From the IMG/VR virus record IMGVR_UViG_3300045988_181536, positions 1 to 64,000 of that record: a DNA stretch of 64,000 nucleotides, one strand, 5' to 3'. The position numbers and the translations under genes are program-made. The notes beneath the pieces were generated by a model that was not told the DNA's origin, did not search any database, and was given only the letters and a program-made list of their open reading frames with translations. Numbering within the stretch: position 1 is the stretch's first letter; every line of letters begins with the position of its first letter. The DNA comes from a virus. Of the stretch, positions 8,662-17,828 are shown piece after piece.

Positions 8662-8955
8662 ATGCGAAAACTAAATTTATTTTTAACTATAATTGGAATG
8701 CTTTTTGCTTCCAGTGTAATGGCAGATGACGATAATGATTTAAATATTTGCCAAGATTACTTGGATACTTTAAATCTTTTGACAGAAATAAAAACATTTC
8801 AGTTGCAGCAAGAAATGTCTTTATTTTCTTTAAATACTGCAGTTTCAGCTTACCCGTTTACTCCGGTGTGGTATAAATGGAAAGAATATTATACTGCTGA
8901 AAATAAGATTGAAAAATTTAATATTTTAAAAGAAATTAACAACCTTACTAAATAA
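8662..8955 (+). CDS. secreted protein (signal peptide VMA|DDD)
   Basis: MRKLNLFLTIIGMLFASSVMADDD. Confidence 0.45.
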   Translation: MRKLNLFLTIIGMLFASSVMADDDNDLNICQDYLDTLNLLTEIKTFQLQQEMSLFSLNTAVSAYPFTPVWYKWKEYYTAENKIEKFNILKEINNLTK

Positions 8956-8957
8956 TT

Positions 8958-9698
8958 ATGATAAATAAAATTCTTATCTCTTGTATTGCGGCATGTGCTG
9001 CTTTAATCATTCCTGGCGTTGTAAATGCCAAGAATCTATCCGAGCTGTCTGCTGAGTTTGGAGCTATACATGCAAAAGGAGTGGAGGCAAATAATTATGC
9101 TTATATTAAAGCTAATTTAAAAGATTGTATTGCTGCTTTTGATGAGTGGAAAGTTTCAGAAGAGGCAAAGGGTGTATCATATCCTGAAGCAACTACGAAA
9201 CTTTTTAGCTATTTAATTACTATTGACGACGGTAAGAATTGTCCTGTCTCTGCTTCGCCAGAGATTTTCACGAAATTAAGCGTTTGGAACTTAAAGGAAG
9301 TAACCGAGGTAGAAAATCCCACATTTTATCAAGAGTTAAAATCCAATGATTATAAAATTAATGGCGTTAAATTAAATGATAATCAAATAGTTAATGCTAC
9401 AATACGCTTTAGGGATTGGGACACTTTCAAGTCTATGCTCAATACTGATGCAGGACAAGCTGCTTTAAAATATGATAGATTTACACGTGCCGCATATGTT
9501 AATGCATTAATAACAAAATGGATGACCCTCTCTACAGCTTCAGACATCAGCAAAGCAATATCTGACTGCGCAGAACTGCAAGGCACTTTTGTAATTCTGG
9601 GAGTACAAACGAATGATGAAGCATTTGGCAAGCTTACGCAAATATCCCAGATTCTTTCCCGCAAACTTTTAGCTGCTCAAGCCGGAAATCTAAAATAA
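8958..9698 (+). CDS. secreted protein (signal peptide VNA|KN)
   Basis: MINKILISCIAACAALIIPGVVNAKNL; 246 aa. Confidence 0.45.
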   Translation: MINKILISCIAACAALIIPGVVNAKNLSELSAEFGAIHAKGVEANNYAYIKANLKDCIAAFDEWKVSEEAKGVSYPEATTKLFSYLITIDDGKNCPVSASPEIFTKLSVWNLKEVTEVENPTFYQELKSNDYKINGVKLNDNQIVNATIRFRDWDTFKSMLNTDAGQAALKYDRFTRAAYVNALITKWMTLSTASDISKAISDCAELQGTFVILGVQTNDEAFGKLTQISQILSRKLLAAQAGNLK

Positions 9699-9737
9699 GG
9701 CATAGCAGATAAAGACAAAATCCTAAACTTAGATAAA

Positions 9738-9768
9738 AACCTGCGGTTATCCGCAGGTTTTTATCTTT
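9738..9768 (+). terminator. rho-independent terminator (aacctgcgg ttat ccgcaggtt + tttatcttt)
   Basis: 9-bp GC-containing perfect stem, 4-nt loop and T-run, read directly. It closes the 1-9.7 kb gene block. Confidence 0.6.
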
Positions 9769-9825
9769 ACATTTCTTTAGGTTTAACAGAAAATAAAGCA
9801 TTAACATTTAAAATTTTATTTCAAT

Positions 9826-10431
9826 ATGCCTGGCTCAAATACATACTGCAGGGTAACTGCCAAATTATTCACTGAGTTTGCTTATTATTCTCCCGTTTAT
9901 GCTTCTCCACAAGCAGGATTGGAAGATGAAAAGTATCTGGATTTATCGTTTAATGTTTCAGGGGATGATAATACTATTTATGGATTAGTTACACATCCGA
10001 TTACTACGGTTAATGAGGTTTATGACGGAACTTCGGATGCCACAGGGTTAAAAGCTTCGCTTTATCGTTATACTACAATACAGCAATTAGATGAAGATGG
10101 GAACGTGGCTTCAATTAATACTTGGATGCCCGTGGGCGAAGAAATAGATGTTACTGCAGGCACTCCATTTAAGTTTGAACATTTATTTGCCGCAATTTAT
10201 AAACTAGTCGTTACAGGTACAGCGGAAAATTATGCTGTAAATGTATCGTATCAGTATGAGCCAATGAAGGCTGTTATGCTAAATGAGGTTAAATACACGA
10301 ATCCTCAAAGGTATTACGCAGAGCCGAATTATACAATACAATCCAACTCAATAAACAATATTGGAAATTTTAATACAACAGCTGTTGACAGTGTATCTGG
10401 AAATTCAGTAGATTTTGCGCCGAACGTTTAA
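9826..10431 (+). CDS. hypothetical protein (beta-rich)
   Basis: 201-aa ORF, the first gene after the terminator. No recognisable motif. Confidence 0.45.
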   Translation: MPGSNTYCRVTAKLFTEFAYYSPVYASPQAGLEDEKYLDLSFNVSGDDNTIYGLVTHPITTVNEVYDGTSDATGLKASLYRYTTIQQLDEDGNVASINTWMPVGEEIDVTAGTPFKFEHLFAAIYKLVVTGTAENYAVNVSYQYEPMKAVMLNEVKYTNPQRYYAEPNYTIQSNSINNIGNFNTTAVDSVSGNSVDFAPNV

Positions 10432-10446
10432 CAGCAACGCTTTACT

Positions 10447-12723
10447 GTGAAGGCAATTCAATATCTTATTAACTCCGTATTACCTGAGGATATTAGGGAC
10501 TACACTCGTACATATGACGCCAAGTCTATGAACGAGTTGCAGTCTGCTATAGCTGAAAAATATCCGGAACGTTATAGGGAATTAATGGATAAAATTATGG
10601 ATATTGCGCGTAAGTCTGTTTATTACTCGGGACAGACTTTGCGGCTTTCCGATTTTAAACCTCCGTTTGATAAAGATGTGGCATTAGAAGAAATGCACAA
10701 CGAGGTGCAGTATCTTCGTGACAATATTAAAGACGAAGAAAAAAAGAACAAAGCTATAATGGACGTATATGAAAGGTATGCTACAAAATTGGAAAAGGAT
10801 ACCTTAAATGCGGCTAAAACAAATCGCAATAATTTATACAATTCCGTATCTTCAGGCGCCAGAGGTTCTCCGTTCCAGTTAAAAGCTTTGATAACAACTC
10901 CGGCTTTGTACACTGATTATAAAGGCAGAACAATTCCTTATTTTGTTAAGCATAGTTTTGGAGAAGGTTTATCTATTCCTGAATATTTGGCGAGTACATA
11001 TGGAACACGCGCAGCAACAATTGCCATAAAAAAGAGTACAGCAAAGTTTGGCGGCTGGGGTAAAAGTTTATTTCGCCCGGTATCCAATATGATGATAACC
11101 TCAAAAAAAGATACGTCAAACAACGGTATTGATTTAGATATTGATGACGCATCTTTATATGGCAGAGTATTGGCGCGTCCGGTTGCCGGATATGCTGAAG
11201 GCACAATTGTTGACAGGGATGTATTAAATTCTTTAAAAAGCAAGGGCGTAAAAACTGTTATTGTTCATTCCCCTATTGCTACAGTATCTGCAGAGGGTAT
11301 TTCAGCTGAAGCTTTTGGACTAGATTACAATAAACGTTTGCCAAAGGTTGGAGATTTTCACGCAGGTATTACTGCTGCTACAGCAACTAGTGAACCTGCC
11401 ATTCAAGGTGGTTTGTGTCTACATTACACAACTGAAATTATGTTATGGGATGGAACAAAAAAACAAATTCGAGATATTGTTCCGGGACGTGACATTGTTA
11501 AAAGCTTAGATACAAATGGCAATATAATTGCAGCTAAAGTGCTTAATAAATTTAAGCAAGGTTGCAGGAACGTTTATGAAGTTATATTTGAACACAACGA
11601 TATTGCGTATTCTGTTATTTGTACTCGTAACCATAAATTTAAAATTTATGGGGAAATGTTAGATCTACCTGTAAAAGAAATTTATAAAAAATCTTTATGT
11701 TTTGATGTTCTTGGAGATCCTGCACGTATTCTTGATATAAGATTCTTGGGTAATAGGGTGTGTTTTGACATAGAAGTTGATAGTCCGACACATTTGTTTG
11801 TTTTAGCAAACGGTCTTATATCTCATAATTCGTCTAAGCATGAAGCTGGTGGATTTAAAGGAAAGAAGCGCACATTCTCCGGATTTGATTATATCAATCA
11901 ATTTTTTGAATCTCCTGAGCAGTATAAATCGAAAGCTCCGCTTGCAGAATCAGACGGTAGGGTAGAAAAAATATATGAAGCCCCACAAGGGGGACATTAT
12001 ATTGTTGTAAATGGTGTAGAACACTATGTTGATCCGGATTCTAATATTGAAGTACAAGAAGGTCAAGAGGTTGAACAAGGAGATCAGTTGGCGGATGGAC
12101 TCGTAGATTTAGGAGATGTATTGCGTTTGAGAGGTCTTGGGGAAGGTAGAAAGGCATTTGTAAACATAGGCAAACAGTTATTAGATGACAGTAATGCCAC
12201 CGCACATAAGCGTAATTTAGAGGTGTTGGCCCGAGGCATTGTAGATAAAGTAGAGATTACGGATCCTGATGGCGTGGGAGATTATTTGCCTGGGGATATT
12301 GTATCTTATAATGCATTGGAAGCTTCTTATAAACCCGATAAGGATTCAAAAGAAATAAATATATCCTCTAAAAATAAAGATTTAAAAGGCAAATACTTAC
12401 AGAAACCAGTATTGCATTATACTATCGGTACCAAGTTAACCAATAAAATGATTGATCACATCAGAAATACCGGCATAACGGATTCTGTTCTTGTATCGGA
12501 TAATGAACCTGGATTTACGCCAATTTATGTGAGATTAAGAGAAGCTCCAAACAAGGGTAATAGAAATTTCTTAGAAAGGGCAACAGCCCCTTATCAGGCA
12601 AAGAATTATGTTGAGTCAGCAGTCAGAGGTTATAAAACTAATATCAAAAGTAATTTAGACCCGTTTGTTAGAATGTCCATGCCTGATTTTGCCGAAAACA
12701 CTGATATAACAGGAAGATTTTAA
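10447..12723 (+). CDS. multisubunit RNA polymerase beta-prime subunit, C-terminal fragment (split rpoC-like), interrupted by a mini-intein in the trigger loop
   Basis: GTG start 15 nt after the upstream stop. [81 protein letters not shown] matches the bacterial beta-prime block [82 protein letters not shown][intein]SKHEAGG matches the trigger loop [32 protein letters not shown] matches DILRLRGV. There is no NADFDGD motif, so the N-terminal half must be encoded elsewhere. Confidence 0.8.
   Translation: [758 protein letters not shown]
11416..11829 (+). mobile_element. mini-intein (138 aa, Hint domain only, no homing endonuclease) in the RNAP beta-prime trigger loop
   Basis: Begins with Cys ([13 protein letters not shown], block A). 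It has TRNH (block B T-x-x-H) and ends ...[12 protein letters not shown] followed by Ser as the +1 extein residue. Removing it restores a contiguous trigger-loop sequence. Confidence 0.7.
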
Positions 12724-12725
12724 TT

Positions 12726-13889
12726 ATGTTAATTACGAAAAACTTTCAAAAATTTGCTTCAAATATTGCAGTAAAAAACAGTTCTTTTAAGTTTGCTAAC
12801 TTTAAGAAGTTTGCTTCAAATCCCCAAGTTGCTTCAGAAGTTCGTCAAGGTGTTCGTGACGAATATGGAAAATCTTTTAATGATAATAATCAGTGGACAG
12901 ATTTCAGGCTGGATATGAATAGAGGCACAATGGCCCAGGTAAGGAGATTAGGGGCTTACGCCAAAGGAGCAATTATGGGGCCAACTAACATCCAAAGACA
13001 ACGGAATAACATCCAAGCACAACAGCAACAGTTGAAGCCTCAAAACAACACTACAAATAATAATACCAACAATAATAAACAGGAAAAAGGTTGGTTTGGC
13101 AAACTTTGGGATAAAAGTAAGAATTTTGTTAAAGGTATGCATGAAAGCGGCATGCAAGAAGCGGGTAACTATACCAAAGCCGTAGTTGATAGTGATTTGG
13201 GTTCATTGGATCAAGTTTCTCGAGGTTTGTCAGATCGAGCCGGAGCTGAAGCGGTTAAAGCTCAACAAATCGCAAGAAGTTATATAGCACAAGGAAAACC
13301 GATTCCCAAAGATGTTGCGGATCGCATGGCTAAGGCTCGTGCTTACGATTCTGCTGCAGGTCAAGTGATGAAATCTACATCTTACACTTCACAAGATTTA
13401 GAGAAGAATATGCGTAACGAATTAGAGAGGTATCAAAATGATGTAGAAGAAAATATGTATAACTCTCGAAACACACAGGCGCGTGTATCTCAAACTTTAG
13501 AAGATAAAGCGTATAATGATTTTAAAAATCTTAGTGGATGGGATAAAGTTAAAGTCATATTCCAAAAATTTTTATCAGGTATGGGAGTAAAAATCCCTAA
13601 AGATTGGGCATATAACAATTTTATAAATCGTCAAAGAAATGAGGCGCAAGATTACATAAGAAATAAAAGTAATCTTGGTAATCAAATGTTGGGAGAATAT
13701 GCTGCTGCTTCACAATATGACTTAAATGATCCTCGTCAACGTGCTGAATTTTATCAAATAAACTCTCAACGGATGGATCAACTAAATAATCGTTATAAAA
13801 ATGTTAAAGTAAATCCCGAGGTATCAGCTTACATAGCGCAACAACAAGCAAAACGCAACCCTGTAAATTCTAATGCTCAAGCGGTTTAA
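12726..13889 (+). CDS. hypothetical virion-type protein with three tandem N-terminal NFxKFAS/N motifs and a Q/N-rich low-complexity region
   Basis: MLITKNFQKFASNIAVKNSSFKFANFKKFASNPQ, then NIQRQRNNIQAQQQQLKPQNNTTNNNTNNNKQ. 387 aa. Start is 2 nt after the rpoC-like stop. Confidence 0.5.
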   Translation: MLITKNFQKFASNIAVKNSSFKFANFKKFASNPQVASEVRQGVRDEYGKSFNDNNQWTDFRLDMNRGTMAQVRRLGAYAKGAIMGPTNIQRQRNNIQAQQQQLKPQNNTTNNNTNNNKQEKGWFGKLWDKSKNFVKGMHESGMQEAGNYTKAVVDSDLGSLDQVSRGLSDRAGAEAVKAQQIARSYIAQGKPIPKDVADRMAKARAYDSAAGQVMKSTSYTSQDLEKNMRNELERYQNDVEENMYNSRNTQARVSQTLEDKAYNDFKNLSGWDKVKVIFQKFLSGMGVKIPKDWAYNNFINRQRNEAQDYIRNKSNLGNQMLGEYAAASQYDLNDPRQRAEFYQINSQRMDQLNNRYKNVKVNPEVSAYIAQQQAKRNPVNSNAQAV

Positions 13890-13890
13890 T

Positions 13891-14295
13891 ATGTTTAATA
13901 TATCTAATTTTAAAAAATTTGCTGCCAGCCCTGATTGGATTAAAAACCAATTAACGGAATCAATAACAAATCAAGCAGATCAAACAAATATTGATGAAAA
14001 GGATACCACGGTTAATTCAAGCAACTACGATGCTAACATAACTTCGGAAGATAGGGAATCTGGGGAGTATGATTCTCTAATGAATAACAATAAAGATTTC
14101 TTGAAAAACATATTAAGTGACTATGGAAAGAAAAATAATGTGTTGGAAGATCTAAATAAAAAGGTATCCATATTAGAATCTCAGGGTCAAAAGGGAAAAG
14201 CTAATGCTTTAAGAACAGCTATAGGCAGATCCAGTGACTCTAAATTTACAGAAGATATAGACAGATTTTCAAAAGATATTGCGAACCAACTATAA
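13891..14295 (+). CDS. hypothetical protein with N-terminal NFKKFAAS motif
   Basis: The track gives 13873. I chose the in-frame ATG at 13891, which starts 1 nt after the upstream TAA and yields MFNISNFKKFAAS with the motif placed as in the paralogous N-termini. Confidence 0.45.
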   Translation: MFNISNFKKFAASPDWIKNQLTESITNQADQTNIDEKDTTVNSSNYDANITSEDRESGEYDSLMNNNKDFLKNILSDYGKKNNVLEDLNKKVSILESQGQKGKANALRTAIGRSSDSKFTEDIDRFSKDIANQL

Positions 14296-14359
14296 TTTAA
14301 GATTGATTTAATCTTTGAAAATCCCGTAAAATTGTTTCAATCAAAATTTATTATACACC

Positions 14360-16783
14360 ATGCTTTCACTAAAGAACTATGATTTTAAAAAGGCTGCTTC
14401 CTCAGCTTTAAAAGAAACAGATGCTGAAATAGCTTTTTATAGGGCGTCTTCTACGGTAATGGAAGACAAAGCCTCGCCTTTTTTTACGAATGACTACTAT
14501 TTAGGTTTCGAGATTGTAAAAACGAATGACTCGTTTACAAAAATGGTAGGCATATATGTGTTTAGAGTTAACAAATATATATTTTATGCGCCTGTATTCT
14601 ACGTTAATGGCCAGATAAAAGGCACGGAGTTCTTATATAATGTAGAGGAGAAAAAGTTTGTTTATCTCAGTCCTGAATGGTGTGATTATTTCATAGGTCT
14701 TTATGAAGAGGAGGCTGATGGATTTCCAGTTGATATGGCAGAGGCCAATCAAGGCAGGCAAGATATTGAAATGATGCGTATTGCCACGCCATTATATAAG
14801 ACATCTTCTTTAAAGAAGTTTGCTTCGGATTTAAATCTATCCGCAGACGAAAGAGAGTTTGGTTCTTTTTCGGATATGTACGATAATGTTTTTGAAACAT
14901 TTGTTAATTCCCCTGATTCAGATTACAGCCCGTTGCATGTGTTTTTAAAATCTGCGGGTATAAATGCTTGGAATAAATTATCCGATGCTTTAAAAACAGA
15001 TAGGGAATTTGCTAATAATGTGGTAGGTCTTTGTGACGAGCAGGATTATATTCCTATGGATGTTTTATCCGAGGCAAAACAAAATGTTAAACATGCTGCG
15101 GAGAACCCAAAGAAAGATTTATTAATTTTGCATAAAGGCATATTTAATAAAAATACCGTTAAGACTGCTGCTGAACAAATCGCCAATGGTTATTCATTTG
15201 AGGATAACCGAGATGAAGATCAGCTTAATATGATATATGATGCAGATCCGGATCAGAATTGGGCAGGTATTTCCACCAATGCTCCGTCTGTTTATGATAT
15301 TTTAACTACTGACGGGTCTACGGTTAGGTGTGTTGCTATTGTGGGAAACTCAGATTATGGGAAAACTCCAGCCCTTTTAGTTTCGATAGATCCGGAACGC
15401 AAAGGAATAATTCAGTATTATGACATTAATAGTCCCGAAGAATTATATAATCAAGAGGATGAAAATGTTAAAGCCCCAGGCGTACACGATCCTGTAGTAG
15501 GTAACTTTAGAAATATTTTAGCGATAGAGGAAAAGGATTCGGATAAACGAGAGGAAGATTTAACCAAGGTGTTAAAAGAAAAACCTGAAGTTGGAAAAAT
15601 TTATGGCATTTGGGATCCTGAATATTGTTATATATCTGATGAAGCTTTTTATGTTGGAGAAGTAAAAGCTAATGCTGATGATCCTAAGGGATACACTGTA
15701 AAAGTTTATCCAATTCAAGGTTATGATAAGTTTAAGCCTTGGGAAGCTTTGGTTCAAGGAACGGATGAAATTATTCAAGTAAATCCTTCAGCTCAATATC
15801 CTATGTATGATTTAAAGGTGTTTCAGCCAAGCATACGTTGGATAGAGTTGCCTACTGAAACGATTGATTTGGCTAAAAAGATGAAGGCTGAATTTAAAAT
15901 TGATGATGCTTTTTCATTTAAGAAAAAGGATTATCGCATTGACATAATTCAAGCCGAATGGGTTCCAGGTAACTGGGCAAATCTATATGCTAATACTTTG
16001 GTCAAACATTCCAGCGTAGGACATGGATATGTCAATTACAATGGCGACGGCAGTTATAACTTAAACATAGCAGGATTTAAATTTGCAAACGTAAATGTAA
16101 TGGGTGCTATGGCGTTGCTTATGGGGAATGTAAATATTTCCGAAGAAACTGCCGATTATATAATTAAGCATGCAAATGATAATCAAAGGCGTGGCGAGGA
16201 TTATAAATTCCTATTTAAAAAATTTGCGGATAGAATAATTTTAAATCCTGATCCGGACTTTTTTGAAGGGTTTGATTCCGATTTAAATATACCATATGAA
16301 ATTCCGGAAACTCGCGCTTTGATGACGGATGAAACTTCTTATGCTCCGCCTGCTCCACGATATGGTGATATGATGACGCCAACCATGATGGGGGTAGCAA
16401 AAGCAACCGAAGGAGTATCCAGAGAAGACCCCAATGATTTCTTACAAACAGCCACTCCGAATATGTTGGCAGAGTTTGCGGAACGCAGTGGACAACGCAG
16501 CGTATTTGAGCATGGCATTGTTAGCGTGTTATCCCAGGTTTCAGATGCACAAATGTATATTAACGAATTTTTACCTTCGTTAAGGGATGGCATGGATAAA
16601 CTTGCTAGGCTGTTATTCTTAATAGTAATAAGCCCGCAAAACTTTGTGAAATACTACGGTAGTGATGATATTAAAGGATTGGAAAATTCTGTTTCAGCAT
16701 GCTTTAAACAGCTATCAGAATTAACATTAGATTTAATACAAAAGACTTCCGGTGTATCTACAAATACTACCAATAAAGTTTAA
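14360..16783 (+). CDS. large hypothetical virion-type protein (807 aa) with N-terminal NYDFKKAAS motif and two internal KKFA(S/D) copies
   Basis: MLSLKNYDFKKAAS at the N-terminus. SSLKKFASD is encoded at nt 14808..14834 and FLFKKFADR at nt 16209..16235. No catalytic motif recognised. GNSDYGKT resembles a Walker A but is mid-protein. Confidence 0.5.
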   Translation: MLSLKNYDFKKAASSALKETDAEIAFYRASSTVMEDKASPFFTNDYYLGFEIVKTNDSFTKMVGIYVFRVNKYIFYAPVFYVNGQIKGTEFLYNVEEKKFVYLSPEWCDYFIGLYEEEADGFPVDMAEANQGRQDIEMMRIATPLYKTSSLKKFASDLNLSADEREFGSFSDMYDNVFETFVNSPDSDYSPLHVFLKSAGINAWNKLSDALKTDREFANNVVGLCDEQDYIPMDVLSEAKQNVKHAAENPKKDLLILHKGIFNKNTVKTAAEQIANGYSFEDNRDEDQLNMIYDADPDQNWAGISTNAPSVYDILTTDGSTVRCVAIVGNSDYGKTPALLVSIDPERKGIIQYYDINSPEELYNQEDENVKAPGVHDPVVGNFRNILAIEEKDSDKREEDLTKVLKEKPEVGKIYGIWDPEYCYISDEAFYVGEVKANADDPKGYTVKVYPIQGYDKFKPWEALVQGTDEIIQVNPSAQYPMYDLKVFQPSIRWIELPTETIDLAKKMKAEFKIDDAFSFKKKDYRIDIIQAEWVPGNWANLYANTLVKHSSVGHGYVNYNGDGSYNLNIAGFKFANVNVMGAMALLMGNVNISEETADYIIKHANDNQRRGEDYKFLFKKFADRIILNPDPDFFEGFDSDLNIPYEIPETRALMTDETSYAPPAPRYGDMMTPTMMGVAKATEGVSREDPNDFLQTATPNMLAEFAERSGQRSVFEHGIVSVLSQVSDAQMYINEFLPSLRDGMDKLARLLFLIVISPQNFVKYYGSDDIKGLENSVSACFKQLSELTLDLIQKTSGVSTNTTNKV

Positions 16784-16804
16784 AAATATACACATTTAAG
16801 TTTT

Positions 16805-16840
16805 AAAAGCTTGCCATTTTGTTTGGCAAGCTTTTGTCTT
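16805..16840 (+). terminator. rho-independent terminator/attenuator (aaaagcttgcca ttttgttt ggcaagctttt + gtctt)
   Basis: 11-12 bp perfect stem read directly. The next start is only 10 nt downstream, so it is probably partial. Confidence 0.5.
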
Positions 16841-16850
16841 ATTAGAAACG

Positions 16851-17753
16851 ATGACATTTGAAAGGATTAGAGATTTAATAAGTTATTTGCCGGACACTTC
16901 TTCTTATTTTAGAGAAGTATTAAATTATACACAGCAAGTTACAGCGGTAAATAAATTTATGTGCGCATATAAGGATTTGTCCTTTGGATATAAATTTATT
17001 AAAGCTTTAATTAAAGATAATATTAGATTGCCTGCTACGGTAAATGAACCTTATTTACGGGATTTATATTTTTTTGAAAAGTTTGGGGATGTTAATAATG
17101 ATTCCGTAATATTTGCGCTTGGATTGCATCATCCTTCCAGCAGAAATATGGAAGAAACTATTAAAGCATTTTTGATAACAGATGAATCTTTTAGCAAGAT
17201 TGCAAGCATTACAGGAATCAGCGAAGATGCTTTAAGATGTTATGAGCAATTATTTTACAACATTAAAGACCGCAAGCATGAAGCTTTGTTTATAGCAAAC
17301 CATGTGTATCCTCAAACCCGTATGGTAGAATTACAAGATGACTATGTAAAGACGGAATCCTTTGGGCAATTAATTCTACGCTCAGCATATAATAATGGAA
17401 TTGAGGATGCTGCATATTTTGCAGGATTAAAAATGGCCAATAGCGTATTAAATGAAAAATCTTCAGCGGTTTCAGCCACACAGTTAGAATCTGCAATAAT
17501 GGCTAATGCGCATTTCTTAGTGAAGAATGGTTATATCAACCAGCGTCATAATGGTATTTCTTCGGCTAAAGGACTGCTTATTGCCGCTAAACAGGGCGGA
17601 GCGGAGACTATGGAATCTGATGCTGAGGGATTAAGTTCGCTTGGAGAATCAATATGGGATGCCATAAAGGATATCAAAGGCCCCGAAATTCAACAAAAAT
17701 TGGATGCTATAACGGAAATGGAGATAGCTAAATACGAAAATACTAAAGAATAG
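16851..17753 (+). CDS. hypothetical protein
   Basis: 300-aa ORF, alpha-helical in character. Confidence 0.45.
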   Translation: MTFERIRDLISYLPDTSSYFREVLNYTQQVTAVNKFMCAYKDLSFGYKFIKALIKDNIRLPATVNEPYLRDLYFFEKFGDVNNDSVIFALGLHHPSSRNMEETIKAFLITDESFSKIASITGISEDALRCYEQLFYNIKDRKHEALFIANHVYPQTRMVELQDDYVKTESFGQLILRSAYNNGIEDAAYFAGLKMANSVLNEKSSAVSATQLESAIMANAHFLVKNGYINQRHNGISSAKGLLIAAKQGGAETMESDAEGLSSLGESIWDAIKDIKGPEIQQKLDAITEMEIAKYENTKE

Positions 17754-17828
17754 TTGATTTTTCAGTTGCCTTTGATAAAGTTTCTGCATTGAATATAAGT
17801 TACGATTTTAAAAAATATTTTTTAGTAC

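Noticed and set aside
9826-10431. Fusion of 9826..10431 with the rpoC-like ORF, i.e. an interrupted or pseudogenised single gene
   Set aside because: The upstream product shows no beta-prime similarity. A TAA plus a 15-nt spacer with a GTG start is consistent with a separate gene and with known split beta-prime architectures.
10447-12723. Assignment as a crAss-like phage RNAP gene
   Set aside because: crAss-type virion RNAPs are too divergent to show SGARGS or trigger-loop blocks. Here both align readily, and Shine-Dalgarno use argues against a Bacteroidetes host. A phiKZ/AR9-type split subunit is the better fit.
15347-15370. Walker-A-like GNSDYGKT in the 807-aa protein, considered as a large terminase
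   Set aside because: The motif is mid-protein (~residue 330), with no Walker B or nuclease motifs downstream, so it is probably a chance match.
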